This document shows, one piece after another, positions 1-16,404 of a stretch of 64,000 bases of DNA. Within the stretch, counting starts at the first letter, position 1; each line of letters opens with the position of its first letter. Source of the DNA: Oikopleura dioica (taxonomy: Eukaryota > Animalia > Chordata); assembly GCA_907165135.1 (NCBI GenBank), contig OU015569.1:2046001-2110000 (forward strand). The letters run 5' to 3'. A program made the position numbers and the translations under genes. The notes beneath the pieces were generated by a model. That model saw nothing but the letters and a program-made list of their open reading frames with translations, searched no databases and was not told the origin of the DNA.

Positions 1-854
1 AAATTAAGGTTAATGATTAAGCTGGAGATGGTCCGGGCGTTTACCTGATAATGGGTACTTGAAGTGACATCCTTCTGAATAGCACTCGCCATATTTTTGA
101 TAGTTATCAAAATAGGTGACAGTCTCTTATGTGTTTGATCTTTATAAAAGTATATTCCATCACCAATATAAAATACATAGGTGGCGCAAAAGTGAGCAAG
201 AGACAGCGCGCCTCTCGCTATGGCCCAATCTTTTTGCAAATCGACAATTTTACGCGCATGGGATGCGAACAACGACGATTGTTTTGCTTGCTTGAATAGC
301 GGAGTGCAGTGTGAATTATATCTTTTAGGTACTTTCATAAAAAAGATTCTCTGAACGAAAATGCCCTGATAGTTTGTTCTTGCTCCCTGGTATCGATAAA
401 CTAAACATGTTTGAAATTAATTAGATGTTATTTGCATGTTTTAATCACTCGAGCGCGTTCCTCCGGCATCAGCAGGAAGCGATGCAGCATTGCTTGTTTC
501 CCATCGATTTTTGTCTAGCCGACGGAGCCAAATCAGCGGAATCTGAAGTTGCGTGTTATCATTCTCGACTCCTTTGATAAGGTCGCTGTAGTGCGTTCCC
601 ATTATCCCCGAGGCTGAGAAGCTCAATCAGCGCACATGCAAAAATGCGTCGAATGCATCGTCATTTTATTTTCCTGCGGATCAATCTAATTATTAGACAA
701 TGAACAAGTCTCCCGTGAGATCTGTCGGCGCAAGAACAAACGGAAAGACCATCTCATGCGTTTCAAGCTGATTCTGTAAACACATCAAAAATACAAAAAA
801 AAATCCAGTGATATATTTTTGTATTCTAGCAACGAGCCGGTCAGTGGTAAAACT

Positions 855-1917
855 TCACAATGCCAGTTTTACAGGTGATGGTTTAATGTCGGCAGGAAGG
901 GGAAGTGTGGGTTTCTGGTCGACCGCAGGTGCCTTCAAAAATTTACTTATCAAGTACATTGAAGATTGGCACTTACTTTTCTATTAGATAAATAATCTTG
1001 CATACGGAGCTCTTCGATCGAAAATTGCTTAGCATGGTCCATTGCGGAATAACTGACAAAGGCAACGTTCTCCGAACCCGCACCCGGATTGGTTTCAGTT
1101 GCCATTGTTGGCTGATTCACGAGTTAATAAATTTTGTTTTAATTTGTTAATAATTACCTGAAATTTTTGAGACGTTCCGTCGATGGCATTCGATACAAAA
1201 GTAAACCACTTAGGTTTGTCCGTTTCAGGAAACGAAAGAACGCTCTTTTCGGTAAAGAAACCGTCTTAAAATTTTCATTTTAGTTCCAAAAATTGTTATA
1301 TTTCAAACGAACCTAGTTCCTCCTTCATCAAGCTAAACGCAGTTTTTGTCCAATCCAGATGGATCAGCATAAGCTGAAGACGTCTTTTCGAAGTTCCAAG
1401 GGATTTTTCGAAAACATCGCGTCTATCGATGACTTCTCCGATTTCAAGATTTAACTGTCCCAGGTCAGGCACAGGACAGTGTCCCTCATTTGAAAAAAGA
1501 AAGTTGGGTCTACCCAACCAGATTCCTTCTGCCCAGACTACTTACAGGGATACAAATTTGTTAATATTGGATTCATGTGGTATTTTTTATAAGAATTATT
1601 ATTTCATTCTTAAAATTCGCGTTCCGAGTCCTTTTGGGTATTTCCGCTCGATAACGGCATCTTGTCCGAGGATAAGAATCTTCTTTTTGAATTGGTCTAT
1701 CATTGCTTCTTTTCCTTCGATTTCATGTTTCTCAGAAGCTATATCCTTCTCCAGCCCTTCCATTTTCTTTTTTAGTCTCTGTTCAAAATGGATTAATGAA
1801 AGCTACAAACTTATACATTACCTTCAGCTCCTCAAAATTCATGTTCGCTCTAGCCATCTTGCCCGCGATGTCGTCAAAGCTGATAGAGTCTTTTCCCTGA
1901 GCAGTTGTCTTTGACAT
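855..1917 (-). CDS. Uncharacterised multi-exon protein with an N-terminal coiled coil
   Basis: ATG at 1917 (MSKTTAQGKDSISFDDIAGKMARANMNFEELK). A GT-AG intron joins it to RLKKKMEGLEKDIASEKHEIEGKE..., then further exons ...GIWLGRPNFLFSNEGHCPVPD..., DGFFTEKSVLSFPETDKPKWF... and ...SYSAMDHAKQFSIEELR. No family recognised; the 3' end is uncertain, and more minus-strand coding-like sequence lies at 1-780. Confidence 0.45.
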
Positions 1918-2340
1918 TTTTTTTCAAATTTGAAAGCTGCGTCGTTCTCGGAGAGAGTTTTGCCAAAGGTTTCGCGCCGATTGATTCATAGATTTGGGTT
2001 TCGATAACTGATTTTTGTAATTCGCCAATGATGAATCATCTTTTACATCGATGATTTTCGCTTTGTGCACAAATCTATCATCTTGTAAATTTATGCCCAT
2101 AATTAAGAAATAAACAGTTTGCTGATAGGAGATGAGTAGCATAAATCTACATAGAACAATGATATCCCGGCACTGACGTCCCAGAACAAACTAGACTGTC
2201 TGGTTGTTTGTTGGGCACTTGATTTGCAAATAAGCAAAAAGTTCCCATTGGCGATTAAGTTCGGCAGCAAATAATCCAGCTCGGCATTTTTTGCGACGTA
2301 CCAAAGCGCAGGTCACTTTCAAGAGAGTCGCCTCCCGCAA

Positions 2341-4669
2341 ATGAGAGTCCTACAAAGCTTCGCCTTTCTGGCGACAGTCCTGGCACAATCGTTCGAGCGA
2401 GGGCCGCGCCCCAGCCCGGTTTCGGACACGTGTCTAGGCATTCCAGTCAACGCTCAATGTGACTGTCTTAATCAGTAAGTGCTTCCTCTTCCGCACAGGC
2501 AGCGACGTTCTTTTTTAGAAACCCGCTCGATTGCGATCATTGCGTCGCCATCGTCGTCCATCTCGGCTGCGACATTCAGGGCGAACTCAAAATCATCAAA
2601 GAACAGGTCAAGGGTATTCTCGATCAGCTTCGAGACCGCGATCTCTTCCCCGGAGTCATCCAGCTATCAATGGTCTACTTCGGTCACGAACTTAGACAAC
2701 AGGTCAGTTATTTCGGCGACTGCTTATCTACGAAGCAATTAGATTCCAGTTACCTTCGATGATGCTCTCCAGGAGCTCGACATGATTGTTGACGATCTCA
2801 AGAATGTTGTCGATCAGATTTCTCCCATGCCAAAAGGAAAGGCTCAACAAAATAAGCATAATCCTTCTCATTAAACAATCGACGCAAAGCAACATTTTTC
2901 GAGTCTTGAACAAGCTAATATCACTGCTGCCATGGAATCTACTTTCACCCTGTTTGACCAGTGGACGACGAGTATGGGCCGCCCTAGATGCAAATCGAAA
3001 ACAATCTTCTTGATCACCAACGGCCACATCATTTGTGGGCCATGCGTCTGTCGAGGATTCGAGATGTGCAAAGATTACAACGAAAGCGAGGAACAATGCT
3101 GGGAAGAGACTAATCGCCAAGTAAATATGTATTTTAGACTCACTTTTCATACTTTTGCTTAGTATCAAAGGAAGATCGAGGAACTAAAGCGAAAGTACCA
3201 AGATGTCAATGTCGTCGTTGCGACTCCGAATGAAAAACCCTGTGGAAGGCCTTTCGGAAGTGATCTTCAATTGGCTAATGAACGGTACTTATCATCATAA
3301 AACTCTTTAATTCAAAGTTCGTGAACAAGGTTCTCCGAAGATTGTTTCAACGAAGATAATGTCATTGGCTTGAGCAAGTGGCGACGCAGCTGTTATGACA
3401 GAGCGCTTAATAACAGAGCCGCTGACTGTCCTCCAGAAGTAATTTCGTCTCCACGATCCGTAAGCTGGCATAAAACTAGCAGCTCATTCGTCGATTTTGT
3501 CGCGCAAACTTCTCGAACTGGTTGTTCTGTCGATGATCTCTCACATGGTAGGATATGTTTTAGATAATTAAACTTATTGTGATTTTAGAATGTGAATGTG
3601 ACATCGAAGTGCGAGTTCGCGCGGGCACTCCGACATTTGAAGATGGTTGCTGCGGACCACGCGGTGGACCAGGTCTACCAGGTCTCCGCGGTCCCAATGG
3701 CCCAAAAGGACCTAACGGGTCTCCTGGTGGAGAGGGTATTCAAGGCGATTGCGGTCCACCTGGACCAAAAGGAAGTGTTGGACTACCAGGACCTGACGGT
3801 AAGTTTTGGCAAGCAAATATACTCAGAACAAATTGATTAGGATCAAACGGACCACGCGGTGCTGCTGGAACTCCCGGTCAACCTGGCCAACCTGGCGGAG
3901 CTGGTCTTCCAGGCCAACGAGGAAAAGATGGACTTCGAGGAAACAACGGACTTCCTGGTCAGCCTGGCCTTCCGGGCGCCGCTGGACTCCCAGGTTTACC
4001 TGGAAACCAAGGACCAAGAGGTTTCCCTGGACCAGATGGACCTGACGGACCACAAGGTAGCGCTGGTTCCGCTGGAACTGGTATCGACAGCGTCAGATAC
4101 TACGAAGGTAATAGACATTTCTAACTTTAGATTAAATTTTTTTAGCGTATGTTCGAAAGTTGAGACAAACCGTTATCCGTAGTCTGCAGCGAGATGGTCA
4201 AAACTCAGTTTTCTTCAAGCAGCTTCGCAATATTCTCCAAGAAGAGGTAAAAGAGTATAAATACTTAATTCAAATCACGTAACAAATATTCAGAAGAACC
4301 GTGTTTGCAAGTGCGGATGTGATTTTGATACCGACAACTACGGCACATGCAAGGCTAACTTCAGCCCACGATACAACCCAGTAGTTTCTCCACGATACAG
4401 CACCTGCGAAGTCCAGAGACCTCCTTTCATCGGATATCCAGAGACCAGCTATCCCCCTGTGAATCAGGAAGGGAAAGGATTCTTGAGAATCAATAAGAAT
4501 CTCGAGGACAGAATGGTTCGTACTAAGCATTAAAAAATCTCGCTAATGAGAATTATAGATGGTTGTGGACAACAATGAAACCAACGGTGTAAACGTCCGG
4601 TCAATGCCTCCCGTGATGGGTCACAGCGCAGGTCCGAAAGTTATTCGACGACGTCGCAAGGACCATTAA
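2341..4669 (+). CDS. Secreted vWA-domain plus short triple-helix collagen-like protein
   Basis: Signal peptide [15 protein letters not shown]; vWA-like exons ([12 protein letters not shown]... [10 protein letters not shown]). Exons 3588-3799 and 3840-4108 give about 43 uninterrupted Gly-X-Y triplets starting after CC. A Cys-containing C-terminal domain ends ...RRRRKDH* at 4669. Confidence 0.85.
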
Positions 4670-5276
4670 ATTTGACCAAATCCCTCAACGCTTTTATTTC
4701 TCCTGACTGTTTATGCTCACGTGAAAGCTGTGAGTTATCACTTTATTACAACTCTTAAATAAAGACGATAACATTAACAAAAATCATCATCGTCTGATTG
4801 ACTGCAGAAGTGGACGTCAATCCTTGTCGGATCCATGTGACACTGCTCGCGTAAGCCAAAGCTCTTATCGAAATTCCTCCTTGATTTCAACAGTTTTATA
4901 CGGAATATTAGCCATAAAAAAGAACATAAATTTGCAGAAAAGTTCCCTCAAAACATTTCTTTCCGTCGCTGCTAACGGATTAAAATAAATATTTCTGCAC
5001 CGCTATGTTGATATCATGCTATCGAAGCATGAATCGTGCGGTCTTTTGGTATCTCCGCGGAAAGCTTGCGCTAAATTGGTACTGGTGGCGCCAACGAGCG
5101 AAATCGTGCACGTTCTGAGCGATGATAACGCGTCACTTTGAGCTAGAATTTTCCTTGGAGGCAAAATTGCACTGCTCGAAAATTACAGTCTAGTTAATGC
5201 TTGGCAACTTTAATAAAGCAAACCGAGACAGAGATTAACGAAGATTACGTCCAGAGAGATCAATCGAACAGGAAGA

Positions 5277-7775
5277 ATGAAAATTGCTGCCCTTTTCGTT
5301 TGTCTTGGTGAAATCTTGGCAAGTCAAGGTGTGTTATTATCATCATTTTAGAAATCTAAACTCATTAAGGGGCGGGTCGACGAGAATCGGAATTTTTAAA
5401 CCAATTTTCCCGAAAAACGCGATTCTGTAAACATATTTTGACTTATCAGGTGAGAACAGAAGGGTATTTAGAAGACAGCGGCAACGAGTTTCACGAGTTT
5501 TTGCAGGAATTTCGTGCACTTCATTACCAAATGTGGCATAAAAAATAGCGAAAAAATCGCAAAATTGCCAAAATTGCGATTTGGGGTCCACTTTGAGACA
5601 CGATTACGCCCATTTTTTCTGGACAAATTTTTTTCTAGTTTTCGCCGCTGTATTCTTCAAACCCTTTTCTACTCACCTGACCAATCAGAATTTTTCATTC
5701 AAAGCTAGTTTTTCCGGAATTTTGGTTGAAAAAATCCCGATTCTCGTCGACCTCCCCCTTAAATTCGAATCTGTCATGCAAATTTAAGCTTTATTCTTTT
5801 ACTTATGATTTTAACAAGTTATTTTACATCTGATAAAAACAAAAACCGAGTAAACACTTTATGGGCTAATATACTTCAAATGAAACTTTGATTATTTACC
5901 CTAAAGTAATGGATGCGAAAATATTTTCCCTGGGAGGTGTACTCATAGTTTAGTATTTGTATTCGCTTGAAACAATACGCGGAACAAATGGGACTTTTTA
6001 GACACCAGCCCCCATTGGACCACCGTTAACGTTATCACTAAGTGGCAAGCTCAAGACTTTATCATTTTTTCCGAATGACATTTTGCGAAAAAATCAAATT
6101 CTAAAATAGAGCTTTTCTCATTTTTAGTTTTAAACTAAAAGACTAATAGTCTCATTACAAATTTTACTTCCACAAGGATCAATTCCGAATCTAGGACTAC
6201 AGACTTGTTTATTATGAAGTGTAGTCACTTTTAACCTGGTCACTCCTCACGAATCCCAGACATGCGAGCTCGGTTCACGTTAATTTCAAGGTTGAAATGT
6301 TTAGTAACCGTAATTTGACCAACGAATTTTGCGCGATCCCGTCAGCCATAATAAATTGAGTTTACATGATAGCACTGAATAAAATAATTAATATCTGGCC
6401 GTGCATGATTTTGAGTGGACCAACTCGAAAATAGCTTATCCTCTAAACTTACAACGAAATATACCGAATATAAAATTTTCTTAAATATCCATCATTGAAA
6501 AGCGAACGTTCCCGCTGTCAAAAGTCGTTGAAAATCTCCTTCTCTCACTGGTTCCCATTTTGCGGCTAAATCAATTAAGCGGCTATTTAACGCAAGAATT
6601 GGTCCACAACTTGACATTTACCGCCCTCGATAAGATTTAAATTTCATTTCTTTGAGAATCAATTATGTTCATTGCTTTTTAGCACACATTTTTCCCATGC
6701 TGATAAATTATTTTAGTTCACCAAGGAAAAATATGTGGAGAGCAAACAAACTTTGCGTAAGTCTTTATGTCCAAATTAGCAGATGTGTTCTAATCTCGGT
6801 TTAGCTTGGGTGGCCAAAGCCAAATACTAAAGAGTCCGTTCTATCCGACACCTTTCCCTGGACAGATCCAATGTGTGTGGAACATAAAAGCGCTCAATCC
6901 TTCAATGAGAGTGAAGATCGAGTTTCAAGACTGGATTATCCCGACCTCAGGAAAGGGGTGCGACCAGACTTATCTCCAAGTCACGGATGGCGGTTCGGGA
7001 GTGGACCCGGCCACCGGCATGGCCGCAGCCACTGGCTTCGTCAAATTATGCGGACGAAACCCAGGTACAATTTCTACCGCAATAACATATTTAAACAATC
7101 TCAGGCTTTATCGTCACGCACAATAACGAGGTCTCTCTGCTTTTACATGGGGACAGTAGCGGAGGTGCAGGCCCTTCGGCGCTTTCATTGCCGCCTGTTC
7201 AGAGATTCAGGTAATCGAAAGAATCTCTAGTATGCTGTTGAAATACCGACTTTGTAGGTTGGTAATTTCAACGACCCAGGATCGTCCCAGAATGCTGGAC
7301 TACAAAGGTCATTCCGTCACAAATGGCCGTCCTAAGTCACTGGATGCTCCGGCGCCGGCTCGTGCAACTGCGCCGCCGCGAATGATGATGCCAAGAACAA
7401 ATTTAGCTCCTAGACCAAGAATGCCTCCTTACGGACATCCTGCTCAGATTCCCAGCCATCCAGGTGCTCATCCTCCTAGACTTCACGCCGAGTTTCAAGG
7501 AGCAATTCATGGAGGCTCTTCAAATGCCTGGTAATTTTCTACACACGAGAGCACTAATTTAAGCCAAATTCAGGCCAACACAAGCTACTGTCACAACTTC
7601 TCAAATTGACAACGACTCCAAGTCGAGCAAAAAAGTCGCAACGCAAGTGGGTAACGTAGGAATCATTCTGCTTGTTCTTGCAGTTTTACTCTTTGCCGTC
7701 CTGGGAATCGTCTACTTCCGCAAAAAGCGCACAAAAGACGAAGAAAAGGAAGAAGAAAAACCTGAGCAAAAATAG
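5277..7775 (+). CDS. Type I membrane protein with a single CUB domain and a Pro-rich stalk
   Basis: Signal exon MKIAALFVCLGEILASQ at 5277. CUB motifs ILKSPFYPTPFPGQIQCVWNI, CDQTYLQVTDG, KLCGRNPGFIVTHNNEVSLLLHGDSS. Pro-rich exon, TM helix GIILLVLAVLLFAVLGIVYF, then a RKKR stop-transfer and a short tail to TAG at 7773-7775. Confidence 0.85.
5365..5762. mobile_element. Non-autonomous TIR element (MITE) with TTAA target-site duplication, in CUB gene intron 1
   Basis: TTAA at 5365-5368 and 5759-5762. Left end GGGGCGGGTCGACGAGAATCGGAATTTTT matches the reverse complement of the right end GGGGGAGGTCGACGAGAATCGGGATTTTT. Imperfect inverted similarity continues for roughly 120 bp (e.g. TCAGGTGAG...AAGGGT...ACAGCGGC). 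No coding capacity. Confidence 0.85.
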
Positions 7776-8171
7776 ACTTCATTCTCAATTAGACCCTTGT
7801 GTATTTTCGCATTATCTGTACAGCTTTCTGATATTAAAGTCGAAAACGAAGAAGGATAAGTCCATTTAAAGCAAACATGGCCGTGACCGGAGTGCTTCCT
7901 GTCAGAATTTGACAGTTGCCCCTGTCAAGTTATTAGCGTTGTGGAGGGAGAACGGAAGTGTGTTCCCACATTGCATGAGCTGACCTACAAAATCTGATAC
8001 CGCGGATTAAATGAGATGTCGGGTATTACTAGAGAGCCCTGATTTCCAAAGATTATTTAATCTAATAGATTTGCCAATAAAATAAATTCACAAGAAAATA
8101 CAAAGAATTGAGGTAGAATAGAATGATATTTTCGAAGCAAAAGAATTTTAAACAGTTGAATGAAGGAGAAA

Positions 8172-10629
8172 CTAAACGATGTCGATTTGGAAGTCAGAAT
8201 CGTAACCTGCCGCGTCTTTAGTGTCGAGACCTTCGATAAGATTTCTCAGCAAGTTTATTTCGCGTCGACTGAATTATATTTGTAACTATTTGATGGACTT
8301 TTATGACTAGAACCTGTTATCTAACAACGCTCTTGGATCGTCCGACACTGGGCGAAATAGGTTCGGTGCCATCACCATTGCCAGATTTGACGAGTCCATT
8401 CTTGTCTTCAGCGCGATCTGATAAATAGTCAACTGAGCATTGTCTTTGAATGGAGAAATTACCTCTGGCTTGGTAAATGTCTGTAAGAATCGGATGAGAT
8501 GCAATAGCGTTGCTTGATTTTCAGCCGGAAGTTTCGCAACGATCGCTATTGAAGATTCCATGTCTTCAGAGCAATCAAGTATTTCCTCCGTAATGGAAAG
8601 CGGGAAAATGGGTTCTGAGAGCTCGCGAAACCACAGTTTCAGCAAAGAACAGGCAACATGGCAATCAACAGAAGAGGTATCGACGATTTCGTAATCTTCG
8701 ACCTTAACTAGCCATTAGACCCTGAAATTATCGATCAAGTTTACCTGAGTTTTAAGAGCATGAACTTTATCAATCTCTCCGGGCAACCGAAAAATCCCTT
8801 CAGTAGTAAATCCACCAAGGCGGATAATTTCTTTGGTAAGTTCTTTTTGAATCCAAGGAATCTCCAACTCAGGAAACTTTTCTTTTTGAATAACAAGCAG
8901 CTTCTGAAGACTGATTCCGAACATGCTTTCATGGTAAAGATGACGCTAGAATTGATATTACTCATCAGAATGGAGATCAGTCGTTTTTTACTTTTGCTTG
9001 AAGAATTTCGCTCATGCTTGGCTCCACTAATCCTCGTCGATTTCCCTTTGTTAAAATCTTCTCTAAGTGACTTCTGCAAATTTTCTCCAGCTGAGTTTCG
9101 CCAATTGCATTTGCGGCTGTTGCAGCGACTTCGTCCAGCCATTCGAGAATCACGTCCGACAACGTCAAAGAAGGAGCAGTAAAGAACAGAAGAATTGCTA
9201 CAAGCTCAAGTCCCCTTTGAAGAGATTCCTTTACTTCTGGATTTCCTCGAGACTGAATTTTTAGAAATAACAATGAAATCAAGGAAGAGTACGTACTTGC
9301 TTGATTATGATCGCATAGATTTCATTCGCTAGATCACTTTGATTCCATCCGTAGACAACGAGTTTTTTCAAGTCGTCATTATTTTCAGATTTCAGATAAT
9401 TGTTGACTGATTTGAAGCATTCGTTGAATTCTTTTTGAACCAATTTGCTCGGGCTGATTGTCAATGGTCGCTTCAGAGCTTTTTTCTGGTGAATAAGAAG
9501 TTCACCTCATCAGGCTATTCTCATTTTCTGTTAAAGATAAAATTAAAGTCATAAATGACAAAAAAGTTTTAGTAGCCTTCCCTACGGTTATTGGTTTCTT
9601 CATGAAGCCCTTGTTCAACTGGAAAGCTGGTGACGAGGCTTGCCCAAAACTTTCCATCAGTGATTTGCGCTCAAGGCGACGAGCTGAGTTCGGGCACTTT
9701 GCTGATCCCGCTCTTTGCAGTTTGTTCTCTGGCGTCTTCGTCAACGTTTCGTTTGCACTTGATTTCGACGATCCATTCGATTTCGAGGAAAGCTGGCGCA
9801 CTCTCATGGCAGTTCCAGGTGATTCCGCAATTTCCGCTGCTTGATGAGTCTTTTTCTCTTTCAAAGAGTTTTTCAACAGTTTAAATTTACTCTGCGGTTT
9901 TTTCAATTTCCTATCAAGAATATTTGAAAACTCTGGCTAGTATGGGAGTAGAAAAGGCCGATTGTGCTTTCCTGGAGAGTGTCGGCGGCGTTCGGGGACG
10001 CTCAGCTCCGACCCCGGGCACTCGAGTCTCGGGCATCTCTTGCTGAATGCATCTTGACGCATCTGGCACGCAGGACTTGTGGTAGAAAATAAAGATAAGA
10101 GAACCCACGCTCGGTTACCTGCGAGCGCTGATGCAACGGCTCCTTGAACTTTAATTTTGCGTTTGTTTCTCTAATTGGAACAATGACGTTTGATCGCGAG
10201 TGTTGATGGCCGGAGAAGGACTTTGGCTGAAAGGTCGAAAATTTGGGAGGAATGGTCTCTTCTTGAATTGCTTCGATCAAATCTTCTCGCGAGCTCATTG
10301 AATGTCCAGCGCTCGAAGGAAGACGAGCTTTCATCTTTTCTTCTTCTTCTTTTTGCTGGAACCGAGCAAGAGGGATTATATCCGCATCTATAGGACGATG
10401 CCAAACAGTCATGGACTTGACAGTGTTGTAGTAGTAAAAGCGCCTGTTTCAAAGTGTTTAATGCATAAAAATAAAGAAGAAAATACCCGGATGCATGATC
10501 AAATAGCTCCCACCACTGATTCATCGAAAACGGTTTAACTGGGACACCAACAGGAGCAATCCACTGGCATTCTCCACTTCCCAGATCGGCGAACATTCTC
10601 TCCCCTCGCTCATAAATCTCTACCCACAT
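8172..10629 (-). CDS. ARHGAP39: Rho GTPase-activating protein 39 (WW-WW-MyTH4-RhoGAP; Vilse/CrGAP)
   Basis: N-terminal WW pair (WVEIYERGERMFADLGSGECQW... NQWWELFDH, TVWHRP). MyTH4 (LANEIYAIIIKQ, LQRGLELVAILL). RhoGAP (GGFTTEGIFRLPGEID, KLWFRELSEP, RMDSSNLAMVMAPN). Last exon REINLLRNLIEGLDT...DIV* ends at 8172. Confidence 0.92.
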
Positions 10630-11554
10630 GATGGACGCACTTCTTCTTTCTCAGCGTAAATCCTCTTCGAACATTTCTTTATTTTTTCTCTAAAATCAAG
10701 GGGGTGAACTTTCGAATGAAACTCGGGCGAAATAATAGTTCCATAGAACTGGTTAGAAAAAAAAAGGGAGAAAATGAGAATCAGCGAAGCGCGTCGAGAG
10801 CAAATTCTTCAATTATGCAAAGAGGGCGGGACGATTTTGAAATCAATGTACACCTGCCCGTTCGACACGGGATGATAACCTTCATTATAAATTCACATAA
10901 TTGTACTGCTATTAAAATCGTCAACGAAAAAAATACGTTTTGAGACTGAAAAGTCTTACTGTAAGACTTCCACTCGTCTCGTTTGTGGCTTGGTCTCTCT
11001 GGAAAGGAATTTATTTTTTATCTTCTTTATTCTCTTTTTGATCTAATTTAGGCTGATTTTTGAAAAAAAATGTGGTATTGACGGAAGCATACGCTTTCGC
11101 CAAAAAAAAGCGGTAATCGATGCCACTTTTGTCTTATGGCGAAATCGAAAAGATTTATCGCTCGAAGGCTTCCCGCTCGAACCAATTCGGGTCACCCCTT
11201 GAAATACTATTTTTCAAATTTGGGTTAATTAAATTCAGTTGGCGAGCTTCTGTTGGTTGATTATACTTACAAGTTTTGTGCTCTTTGAGTCTCGTGATAA
11301 ACGTCATCGGTGAAACTGAGCAAGTCTCAGGTCATTTCCTCTGCTGTCTGACGCGGACTGAACCTTTTACTAAGAAACATACGAAACGAGAGGGGAAATC
11401 GCGCGGATTAACCTTCTCCGACAGCCCCACTACTCATAAAACATTACAAACATTTCCTGTCTAACCTGAACAAACTCTTATGCAACCTGATCTTGCTTGA
11501 CTGCTCGAACATAACCCCGTGATAATTTCCACGGAATATTAAAAAATTCTAGCT

Positions 11555-11893
11555 TTAAGGACCCCCGTCAGCTTTTTCCTTCGAAAAATGGAAATTTTTA
11601 AAAACACCATGTTTTTGGTTCTTAATGCGTCTTCAAGTTAAACTTGCTTCAAAAACTTGATAAGAGGAATTTTTGACCAAGAAAAATCAAATATTTTTGC
11701 CAAAATCAGGGCAAATTCGTCAATTATCGGCGAAAAGTCCAATTTTCAAATGCTATTTTGGGGGGTGAAGGAGTCGAGATAGACCCCCAAAAATGAAGCC
11801 TCAAAATGGTTTTTGGCCTGTAGAATCCATTTCCGGGGTCAAAATTTAAAAATTCCGAAATTTGATTTTTCGAAAAGGGGGGGGGGTCCTTTA
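11555..11893. mobile_element. Degenerate MITE with GGACCCCC termini and a TTAA/TTTA target site
   Basis: Left TTAA-GGACCCCC...TTCGAAAAAT matches the reverse complement of right ...ATTTTTCGAAAAGGGGGGGGGGTCC-TTTA; about 330 bp, non-coding, intergenic. Confidence 0.6.
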
Positions 11894-12300
11894 TACAAAA
11901 ATATAGACTCCATCTCTATGAAATAAAATTCTGGTAAATCATTACTCTTTACAGAATGAGTTGCTTCTAAAAGGCTACATTTCTATAACATATAAGTATT
12001 AAGTATGTTCACATGGCAATTTAAACTCCTTATCAATACATAAATGCTTGTTGGACAACTTTCTAGGACTAATTTTGCGGGAACAAGGCAATTTGAAAGT
12101 TAAACTTTGAAAACACTTTTTGATCGGCTTTATTTTACAATTTTGGCTATTTTATTGGAAAAAAAATAAAATTGTTGAAGATTCATTTCTGGCAGGGTCA
12201 CAGTGAAATAATGACATTGGTACAGTTATAATGGCAACTCATACTTTTGGTTAAATAGAATAAGGCTATAATTCACTTATTTATATAAATATTTATATAA

Positions 12301-15201
<2,901 letters not shown>

Positions 15202-16404
15202 GTTCTAGCCTAGCCCTTTTTTCATTCTTGTTTTTCAGCATTAAAAAATAAATCACAATGATCCTTACCGTTAAGCATAAACACCGCCGTTCCAAGAGTG
15301 AGAATTGTTACTGTTCCCGGTTCAGTTTTGATTAAAATATCTGATTATATAATTTTCAATTGTACGATAATCAAGTTGAACAAATTGTTTTTTAAATTGG
15401 TTTTCTGAAAATAGCAACAAGATCCAGCTTCAAAAGTGTTATGTAAAACACGTTGTACTAATATAAAATATAAGTTGTTTGAAGTTGCTAAAATAAATTG
15501 GCGCGGTAAATATGAAATATGTCCTCCCTTATATTTAATTACTTGGCATTGTCGGCAATTCTCGGACTTGGTGAGACACAAGAACTTTTTTTTTTATCCA
15601 AACTTATATAAGAAATTGTAAAATGTTAAAAGACGTATAAATGATAATAACAACGCACAATAAAAGATAAAATGCGCTTGTCTAAAAATTGAACCAGCTC
15701 CTGTGAAAATAAAAGACCTAACATTGCGAAGCAAGACGTTCAAGCAGCAAAGGTTGAAGAGCTCCTCCATAGTTCAACTTCGTTGTTTCGTTCTCTAGGG
15801 TCGAATATCAACGTGGCGTCTTCGTGGCCAAAGGAGAAGCTCTCTACTTCGCGTGCATATTCAGTTCTGGTGAGTATTTCCGCCTCTTTCGATTTATGAT
15901 TTTCAAAATTGAGATTTTAATGAAGGGAGAGTGGAGAGCTCGGCGGGAAAACAAGCTCAGCGCAGCATTGCCGCCGGTCATAAACATTCGAACCGCTTAA
16001 ACTGAGCCCAAAGCTCAAGCCAGTGAGTGGATCTTATCACTGTTATTTTACAAAAAAAGGTTGAAGGCTAGCATGATATTCCCGCTTGAAACAGCGATAG
16101 TTCCCTCAAAAGTTTTGATTGAAATCAACGAGGAGAAAATGCGTGACGGAATCCAGTGTAAAAGACTTGATGCTCCTTATCACGTGCTTTTCGAACAAAT
16201 TTCGACTTGCATGGTGTTCCTCGATGTTTCTTAGAAAGGGAAGCTAACCACGGAGATCTAGCGTCCTGACTGTCCCTTGTGTGCCTCTTTTCTGGCGCGC
16301 GAGAGTACCGAGATTCGCCACTATAAAACCCAGTCCTGTCCAAGAAAATGCCAAGAGTTCCTCGTTTCTAAGAACCAAACAAACAAAAAATCAATTTCCA
16401 TAAG

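Noticed and set aside
1000-1070. SYSAMDHAKQFSIEELR as a Nup98 GLEBS motif
   Set aside because: Only a short resemblance; no FG repeats or other nucleoporin features nearby.
3592-4182. ORFs 3592-3840, 3806-4045, 3823-4053 and 3859-4182
   Set aside because: These are shadow frames of the Gly-X-Y collagen exons.
15690-16400. Possible small spliced gene with a CPLC motif
   Set aside because: I could not build a phase-consistent exon chain; stops occur in all frames tried.
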